From contig BTVI01000042.1 in the NCBI GenBank assembly GCA_045862955.1, forward strand, positions 1 to 24,971: a stretch of 24,971 nucleotides of DNA. The letters are read 5' to 3'. The notes beneath the pieces were generated by a model. The model had not been told where the DNA came from and ran no database searches. It worked only from the letters and a program-made list of their open reading frames with translations. The translations under genes and the position numbers were made by a program. This stretch comes from Fimbriimonadales bacterium. GTDB taxonomy: Bacteria; Armatimonadota; Fimbriimonadia; Fimbriimonadales; JABRVX01. Position 1 is the stretch's first letter. Each line of letters begins with the position of its first letter. Below, in pieces: positions 18,781 to 24,971 of the stretch.

Positions 18781-20190
18781 CTAGTTGTCCCCACCGTTTC
18801 GTTGCACGCGTTCACCCGCACGTAGCCCCGTGAGCACGATGACCCCGTCGGGTGTGCGCTCGCCGGTAGTTATGAGTCGCAGCCTGGGTCGGTTCTGCGC
18901 GTCCAACACCTTCACATACTCGAGGCCGCTGCGCCGCACGATCGCGCTCTCCGGAATAGTGATCGCGCGCTTGCTGCCCGTCCTAAGTTCCGCCCGACCG
19001 TACATGCCAGAGTACATGCCGGGCTCCCGAGCCACCTCGAAACGCACGATCGCAGTTCGCGTGCTCGGCTGCAGGCTGGGCACGATCTCTATCGCGCGTC
19101 CCATCCTCTCACCGCCGAGCGCATCCAGCACCACTCGGGCCGAGGTCACACCCAGTCGTACGTGCCGCAGAGCTGTCTCCGGTGTGCTAGCTTCGAGCCG
19201 CAGCGGACCCGAGGACTCGATCTGCAGCAACGGCACCCCGGGCGCCGCAGTGGAGCCGGGGTCGGCCAGCCGCTTGGTGACCACACCATCGAACGGCGCA
19301 ACCACCGTCCGATAGCTCATCGCGACCTTGGCCGCCTGTGTGGCTGCGCTGGCCTGCGAAACCCGCGCGAGCGAAGCCTTGGACTCGGCCTTACGAATGT
19401 CCACGCCGAGCCGAGCCGATTTGGCCGCCTGCAGCTCGGCTTTCGCCGCCTCGAATGCCTGCTCGGCAACCCGCACCTCTTCCGAGCGGGTTCCCTCCAT
19501 CGCCAGGCTCTCCTGTTCCTTCGCTGCTGCCAAGCGGCTCGCTGCCACCTCGCGGCGTGTAGCTGCCTGATCGAGCGCCTGCTTCGGGATCGCGTTCTGG
19601 TCGTACAGTGACTTGTACCGTTGATAGTCCGCCTCGGCGAGCCGAAGGTCGGCCTCCGCCTGCTGTACGGCCAGTGATGCCTGCCTCTTCTCCTGCTGCC
19701 TCAGCCCGGCGCGGGCTTGCTCCAGCCGTGCCTTTGCAGCCTCGTAGTGTGCGGTGGCAGCAGCGACCCTCGCATCCGCCTGGCGCGTCTCTAGGTCCGT
19801 TGCGGTCTGCGCAGCCTCGCTTCCGCTCCTCGCGGCTGCGAGCGAAGCCTCGGCCTGGCGCAAGCCTGCCTCGAGATCGCGCGAGTCCAGCACTACTAGC
19901 ACCTGCCCCTTTCGAACGAGGTCACCCTCGCGAACCGTGATGCTCTCGATGCGCGCGAGAATCTTGCTGGAGACCGATGCTTCCATCTTCGGGCGCAACG
20001 TGCCGGGCAGGGAGAGAATGATCGGCACGTCCCGCTCTTCCACCGTGAAGGCCTCGACATGCGCACTCTCTGTAGACTCCGCAGCCGAAGCTCTGGCAGT
20101 AAGCGGGTGGTCGCCGCCCGGTCGAAGCAGCCAGGCACCCAACACACCCAAAACGAGAACGGCACCGAGATAGATGCTCACTCGCTTCAA
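18781..20190 (-). CDS. RND periplasmic adaptor (membrane fusion protein) with long helical hairpin
   Basis: N-terminal TM, lipoyl halves ([14 protein letters not shown] ... VAPFDGVV), long Ala/Gln-rich coiled coil, [11 protein letters not shown]. Likely TTG start at 20190 behind GGAGGT; GTG 20238 is an alternative. Confidence 0.9.
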   Translation of the reverse strand: MKRVSIYLGAVLVLGVLGAWLLRPGGDHPLTARASAAESTESAHVEAFTVEERDVPIILSLPGTLRPKMEASVSSKILARIESITVREGDLVRKGQVLVVLDSRDLEAGLRQAEASLAAARSGSEAAQTATDLETRQADARVAAATAHYEAAKARLEQARAGLRQQEKRQASLAVQQAEADLRLAEADYQRYKSLYDQNAIPKQALDQAATRREVAASRLAAAKEQESLAMEGTRSEEVRVAEQAFEAAKAELQAAKSARLGVDIRKAESKASLARVSQASAATQAAKVAMSYRTVVAPFDGVVTKRLADPGSTAAPGVPLLQIESSGPLRLEASTPETALRHVRLGVTSARVVLDALGGERMGRAIEIVPSLQPSTRTAIVRFEVAREPGMYSGMYGRAELRTGSKRAITIPESAIVRRSGLEYVKVLDAQNRPRLRLITTGERTPDGVIVLTGLRAGERVQRNGGDN

Positions 20191-20242
20191 GATGCTCTCA
20201 CCTCCATCCCGGAGAGCGTCTTGGCTCCTACGGATCACAGTC

Positions 20243-21898
20243 CTACTTGCGAACGGTGCCCAATCCGATCGGTCTCCCCGTGCATGCGCTGGGGAAGGTG
20301 GTGCCTAACACCGTTGCAATCGTCGGCGCGATGTCTTCCGGTGACACTCGCTCGACGTACAAGCCCGGCTGAATGCCGGGCCCCCGAAATAGGATCGGAA
20401 CATGCGTGTCGTACACGAAGGGCTGACCGTGGGTGGTGCCGGACGAATACCCGCCTAGCATCCACCACGGCTGCAACACGATGTGCACGTCTCCACAGCG
20501 GTCCGGGCGGAAACTGCGATACAAGGTCTTGCCCAGCTCGGTAATGGGAAGACGACCCTCCATGTATTGCGTGCGGGTGTACGCAGCGAACACGCCGGGC
20601 TCCTGGCTCAACACGTCGGCGATCACTCTCTCGACGGCCTCTGGATCGGCCTTCCTCGCCCTCGCAGTCTCAGGGTCGTAGTGCACCCACTGTGCCGTCT
20701 CACCCAGTCGCCAGTCGCCTTCCCCGGGGAAGCGCTCATCCAAGGCTGCTATGATCTTCTTGTAGACGGGCCCCAAGTCCAGCCTGCCCGCACCGATGCC
20801 CGAGCGTAGTGCCTGCTCTGGGATGGGGGCCACACCGTGGTCACCGGTCAGTGCGATGAGACACCGGTCAATCCCACCTGGTACATGTGTGTTCAGCCAG
20901 TTGAAGAACTGCGAAAGCATCCGGTCGGTCGCCACCGAAAGCTCCAGTACCTCCGGGCTGTCCGGACCGAACGCGTGACCGAGGTAGTCATTCGTCGAGA
21001 TGCTAACGAGGAGGGCATCGGCCACCTCGTCCTTGCCCATCTGCTCGGTGACCGCCGCCCGCTTTGCCAGCTCGAGCGTCCACTCGGTGCCCCACGGCGT
21101 CATCCTCAGGGTGCTGTAGTACCCGGTGTCCGATCCGTCCAGCTTGTGTGGAAATTTCGTGCCGAACGATGCCGGCGCACCGACGTTCGCCGCCGGTACG
21201 GGTATGCAACGGTCGTGCGCTTGCGGGACCACGGCTTCCCACACCTTGTCCTTGTAGTTATCCGCAAGCTTCTGCTCGTTTGCCTGCTGCGCCCACTTCG
21301 GCAGTCGCCCTCCGTGGTAGTACTTGCCGGTTCTGGCCTGGCCAGTGCGCGAGTCGTACCACACGACTGCGTCCGGCAAGTGACCCGACTGGAGGATAGC
21401 AGCCCGGTCCTTGATGGAGATGGACACCACCTTCGCTTTGCCCCCGGTCGCCAGCTTTAGCTCATCGGCGAAAGTGGTGCTCAACAAGTTGCGCGGTGAC
21501 ATCTCGCCTGGTTCGAGCGGGTCCTGCGTGCAGTACACGGCCTTGCGTGTCGTCCGGTCGAACCATTCGTTGCCGGCAATCCCGCTGTAGAACGGCGGTG
21601 CACCGGTACCGATCACCGAGTGCCCGACGCCGGTCTCGAGCGGGATGTGATCGAATCGCCCGTTCGTAAAAAAGGCTCCCTCTTCCATCAGGAATCGGAA
21701 GCCGCCGAGCGTCCCACCCTTTCGAGCGGGTAGATACAAGTCGCTGAATCGGGTGAGGTAGTCCCCACGGAACTGATCGATAACGATGAGGACAACGAGT
21801 CGAGGTCCCTTGTCCGCGAGCAGCGCATCCCGAAGCGGGGCTTGCGCGCTCGCGGCAAGTGAGGCGAAGGCAAGCAGAAAACTCAGAACGTATCGCAT
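20243..21898 (-). CDS. Alkaline phosphatase superfamily protein, PafA/PhoV-like
   Basis: Signal peptide, IVIDQFRGDY, Thr nucleophile in ETGVGH, KDRAA, DYLGHAFGP, TGDHG, TTHG. Confidence 0.9.
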   Translation of the reverse strand: MRYVLSFLLAFASLAASAQAPLRDALLADKGPRLVVLIVIDQFRGDYLTRFSDLYLPARKGGTLGGFRFLMEEGAFFTNGRFDHIPLETGVGHSVIGTGAPPFYSGIAGNEWFDRTTRKAVYCTQDPLEPGEMSPRNLLSTTFADELKLATGGKAKVVSISIKDRAAILQSGHLPDAVVWYDSRTGQARTGKYYHGGRLPKWAQQANEQKLADNYKDKVWEAVVPQAHDRCIPVPAANVGAPASFGTKFPHKLDGSDTGYYSTLRMTPWGTEWTLELAKRAAVTEQMGKDEVADALLVSISTNDYLGHAFGPDSPEVLELSVATDRMLSQFFNWLNTHVPGGIDRCLIALTGDHGVAPIPEQALRSGIGAGRLDLGPVYKKIIAALDERFPGEGDWRLGETAQWVHYDPETARARKADPEAVERVIADVLSQEPGVFAAYTRTQYMEGRLPITELGKTLYRSFRPDRCGDVHIVLQPWWMLGGYSSGTTHGQPFVYDTHVPILFRGPGIQPGLYVERVSPEDIAPTIATVLGTTFPSACTGRPIGLGTVRK

Positions 21899-22055
21899 TC
21901 GAACCTCCCCGGAGAGCTAGTCGGACACTTCACATTCCACGGCGACCCTGCACAGGTCCCCGTATCGCGCCCCCGAGCCACCACCGCGAGCACCACGCAA
22001 GGTGCCTCGGATCCGTGGGCCACCTGCCAATTCTACCCGTGGGCCTTCGAGGGGG

Positions 22056-22085
22056 TGTAACCGCACCCGGGCCCCTTGCGTCCAA
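22056..22085 (+). promoter_or_regulatory. ECF-sigma-type promoter TGTAAC-N17-CGTC
   Basis: TGTAAC at 22056-22061 and CGTC at 22079-22082, about 50 nt upstream of the VIT/vWA start. Confidence 0.5.
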
Positions 22086-22131
22086 GTGTGCAAAGACAAT
22101 GCGCCATGCGCTCGGCAAGAGAGGTGCGGAT

Positions 22132-24570
22132 ATGCGAAGATGGCTGAGCATCGTGCTCGGATTCGCCTCGGGGGTATGTTGGAGCCAAGGGACGCTCATC
22201 CCCAGGGAGATCGGACCGCCGATCCCAGACCGTTGGGGCCCTTGGGTCCTGCAGTCGCATCGCGTGGAGGTGAGCATCCGGGATGGCGTCGCGGAGACCC
22301 GCGTCGAGCAGGTTTTCCTCAACAAAGGGACGAGACCGCTCGAGGCCGACTACCTGTTCCCGATCCCAGCGGGAGCCAACATCTCGCGCCTCAGCTTGAC
22401 CGATGGCGACAAGCTGATGGAGGCCAAGATCATGCCCGCCGACGAGGCCCGGCGCATCTACGAGAACATCGTGCGTGGCCTGCGCGACCCGGCGCTGCTC
22501 GAGCTCGTGGGCAACCGCCTCGTCCGCCTGCGCATCTTCCCGATCCCCCCGCAGGGCACGCGCCGAATCCAGCTCGCCTACAGCGAGACCATGCCGCGTG
22601 AGGGCGGCGCCTACCGATACGCCTATCCGTTCCGTATGGATGCCCGTTCGGAGGGTGCGCCCGATCTGGTGACCCTTCGCGCCGACATCACCAGCTCGCA
22701 GCCCCTGCAAACGGTCACCTCGCCCAGCCATCCGACCGCGGCAATCCGAGTCGAGAGCGCGAGCCGTGCCACCGTCTCATGGGAGAGCGGGCGGCCCTAC
22801 CAACCCGTGGACTTCCAACTCCTCATCCGTTCCGGCAGCGAGACGCTGGGTCTCAGCGCCATGACCTACCGCACCTTCGGCGATGGCTTCTTCTTGCTCT
22901 TCCTCTCGCCAAGGCTCCACGCGCCGGAGGCCGAGATACCGAAGAACGTGGTCTTCGTCTTCGACCGCACCGGTAGCATGAGTGGTCAGAAAATCGTGCA
23001 GGCGCGCACCGCTCTCCGCTATTGCCTGGAGAAGTTGCGACCGATGGACCGCTTCGAGGTGATCGCCTTCGACGACTCCCCCGATGCGCTCTTCCGCGGA
23101 ACGGTCGAGGCCACCAAGGCAAACATCGAAAAGGCCATTCGCTTCGCCGAAAGTATGGAAGCGCGCGGCGGAACGAACATCCTCGCCGCTCTGGACGCGG
23201 CACTCGATGTCCTCAGCAACTCAGCGGGCCCCTTCGACGCCATCGTCTTCCTCACCGACGGCCAGCCGACCGTGGGCGAGACCGACCCGAAGCGCATTGC
23301 CGACAAGATCGCGGACCGAAACCGAGAGCTGAAGCACGTCATACATATGGCGCCCGACGGTGTAACCCCGCGCGAAGACCCACTTTCCGCACGCGTGCGC
23401 ATCTATTCGTTCGGCGTCGGCCGCGACGTGAACAGCCGCCTCCTGAACCGGCTCAGCATGGACTCGGGCGGTGACGACAACTACGTGACCGAGGGCGAAG
23501 CTATCGAGCCCGTGGTTGCAGGCTTCTTCGAGAAGGTGGGAACGCCGGCGCTGCGCGACGTCCGCATCACCTACGACGGCATGGACGCCTACGACATCTT
23601 CCCACGCCAGCAGCGCGACCTGTTCCGGGGCAGCGCGCTCGTCATCGCCGGGCGCTATCGTGGCACGGGTTCGGGACGGATTATGGTCACCGGCCGAGGC
23701 GCGAGCGGAGAGGAGAAGGTCGAACTGCGGCTGGACCTCGGCGCCAGACACGACCGCGACGACTTCATCCCACGCATCTGGGCCACCCGCAAGATCGGCT
23801 ACCTGCTGACCGAGTTGGACGGGTCAGGGCGCAACTCCGAGCTGGAGAAAGAGATCGTACGACTCTCCCTGGAGTACGGCATCGTTACACCGCTGACCGC
23901 ATTCCTGATCGCCGACGACGGGCCGGTGCCACAGATGTGGCGAGCCCGCCGAGCTTGGGGAGAGGACATCCGCGCACCGGAAGGGATGCGCGAACTCGAG
24001 GCAGAGATCGAGCGGTCGGCCAAAGCATACGAGCAGGGGACCGCCCAGCGCCTCGGCCAGTGGCTTGGCCGCACCGAGCAGCATGCCGATGCCGCACCGA
24101 TGTCCAAGGCCTACGGCGGCGGCTACCAGGTCGGTGGCCCGAGAGGCGCCGAGGGAATCGCGCAAGCCGGCCCGATGATGCAAGGGCAGGCACGCTGGGA
24201 TACAAGCTCGCAGCGGCAGCAAGGCGCGGTGTACGCTGCAGACAAGACCTTTTACCGGGCGGGCAGCGCCATGGTGGACAGCATGCTGCAGCCGGGCGGC
24301 AGACTGGTGGAGGTCAAGGCGTTCAGCCGCGCACACATCCGGCTCATCGAACGCTATCGCAGGCTGGCATCCTACAGCCAGGTCGGAGACACGGTGGTCG
24401 TGCAACTTCCCGGCGGTGCGGTGCGGATCGGTTCCACGGGCGCCGAGGAGCTTTCTGACGAGGAGTTGAAGCGGCTCATCCCGCCGGAGTACGTCCAGAC
24501 GAGCTTGGGTCACCCGGACCACGCCCGGCGTGCCGCCGGCAGCGCTGATCGCCTCCGCCTCCAGGCGTGA
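22132..24570 (+). CDS. Secreted VIT + vWA domain protein (inter-alpha-trypsin inhibitor heavy chain-like)
   Basis: Signal peptide MRRWLSIVLGFASGVCWS. VIT domain (VAETRVEQVF..LEADYLFPIP..DPALLE). vWA MIDAS variant DRTGS, GGTN, FLTDG, IWATRKIGYL. Start set at ATG 22132 behind AGAGGT. Confidence 0.9.
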   Translation: MRRWLSIVLGFASGVCWSQGTLIPREIGPPIPDRWGPWVLQSHRVEVSIRDGVAETRVEQVFLNKGTRPLEADYLFPIPAGANISRLSLTDGDKLMEAKIMPADEARRIYENIVRGLRDPALLELVGNRLVRLRIFPIPPQGTRRIQLAYSETMPREGGAYRYAYPFRMDARSEGAPDLVTLRADITSSQPLQTVTSPSHPTAAIRVESASRATVSWESGRPYQPVDFQLLIRSGSETLGLSAMTYRTFGDGFFLLFLSPRLHAPEAEIPKNVVFVFDRTGSMSGQKIVQARTALRYCLEKLRPMDRFEVIAFDDSPDALFRGTVEATKANIEKAIRFAESMEARGGTNILAALDAALDVLSNSAGPFDAIVFLTDGQPTVGETDPKRIADKIADRNRELKHVIHMAPDGVTPREDPLSARVRIYSFGVGRDVNSRLLNRLSMDSGGDDNYVTEGEAIEPVVAGFFEKVGTPALRDVRITYDGMDAYDIFPRQQRDLFRGSALVIAGRYRGTGSGRIMVTGRGASGEEKVELRLDLGARHDRDDFIPRIWATRKIGYLLTELDGSGRNSELEKEIVRLSLEYGIVTPLTAFLIADDGPVPQMWRARRAWGEDIRAPEGMRELEAEIERSAKAYEQGTAQRLGQWLGRTEQHADAAPMSKAYGGGYQVGGPRGAEGIAQAGPMMQGQARWDTSSQRQQGAVYAADKTFYRAGSAMVDSMLQPGGRLVEVKAFSRAHIRLIERYRRLASYSQVGDTVVVQLPGGAVRIGSTGAEELSDEELKRLIPPEYVQTSLGHPDHARRAAGSADRLRLQA

Positions 24571-24579
24571 GCCCCTCCT

Positions 24580-24971
24580 CCCTCTCCCTTACCCAAGGGA
24601 GAGGGCGGGGGTGAGGGTTGACCTAATCCTCAGAGGATGTAAATGGCGCAGGCAAGTGGAAGCCTTAGCAGCCCTCGACTCCCTCCCCTTGCAGCGAAGC
24701 GGAAGGGGGAGGGTTGGGGAGGGGGTCGGGTGCCACAGGAAGCGAGTTATTCCATGCCCCGGCCCGCGTCCGGGCGTGAGACGCACCTCCCTCTCCCGTA
24801 CCCAATGGAGAGGGCTGGGGTGAGGGTTGCCACCCTCCTGGGCGGGAAGGACGCGACTCTATGCCCGTGCCCGCGTCCGGGCGTGAGACGCTCCTCCCTC
24901 TCCCTTACCCAAGGGAGAGGGCTGGGGTGAGGGTTGCCACCCTTCTAGTCGGGAAGCATGCGACTCCATGC
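24580..24971. repeat. REP-like hairpin array CCCTCTCCC-N8-GGGAGAGGG-N-GGGTGAGGG with 107-bp tandem units
   Basis: Hairpin copies start at 24580, 24681 (variant), 24789 and 24896. The 107-bp period is marked by ATGC at 24754, 24861 and 24968, and the array runs off the window. Confidence 0.9.

Noticed and set aside
21899..22045. Structured leader and CCGTGGGCC direct repeat upstream of the phosphatase gene
   Set aside because: The hairpins are short and expected at this GC content. There is no recognisable riboswitch or Pho box, only a TAGAAT -10-like hexamer at 22035-22030.

Overview
GC-rich bacterial window. Its gene style (lipoproteins, a small SLH protein, murA-mreB without mreCD) suggests an Armatimonadota-like diderm; this is inference only. 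Both ends are non-coding modular palindromic (REP-like) repeat arrays that share a 24-nt motif. In order between them: a 5'-truncated DNA-3-methyladenine glycosylase I (tag) pseudogene; a complete four-step histidine utilisation pathway as two convergent operons (hutU-hutI > < hutG-hutH); an unannotated ~190-nt structured RNA candidate with its own sigma70-type promoter and downstream hairpin, upstream of hutH; a CUT1 sugar/polyol ABC transporter (lipoprotein SBP, fused double permease, one ATPase, and a 58-aa membrane protein missing from the ORF track); an unknown lipoprotein; murA-mreB-SLH; an RND efflux pump plus adaptor; a PafA-like alkaline phosphatase; and a secreted VIT/vWA protein with an ECF-type promoter. 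The most interesting signals are the two-fold ~190-nt RNA and a 72-nt repeat element with conserved inverted arms and a fixed 36-nt variable core.
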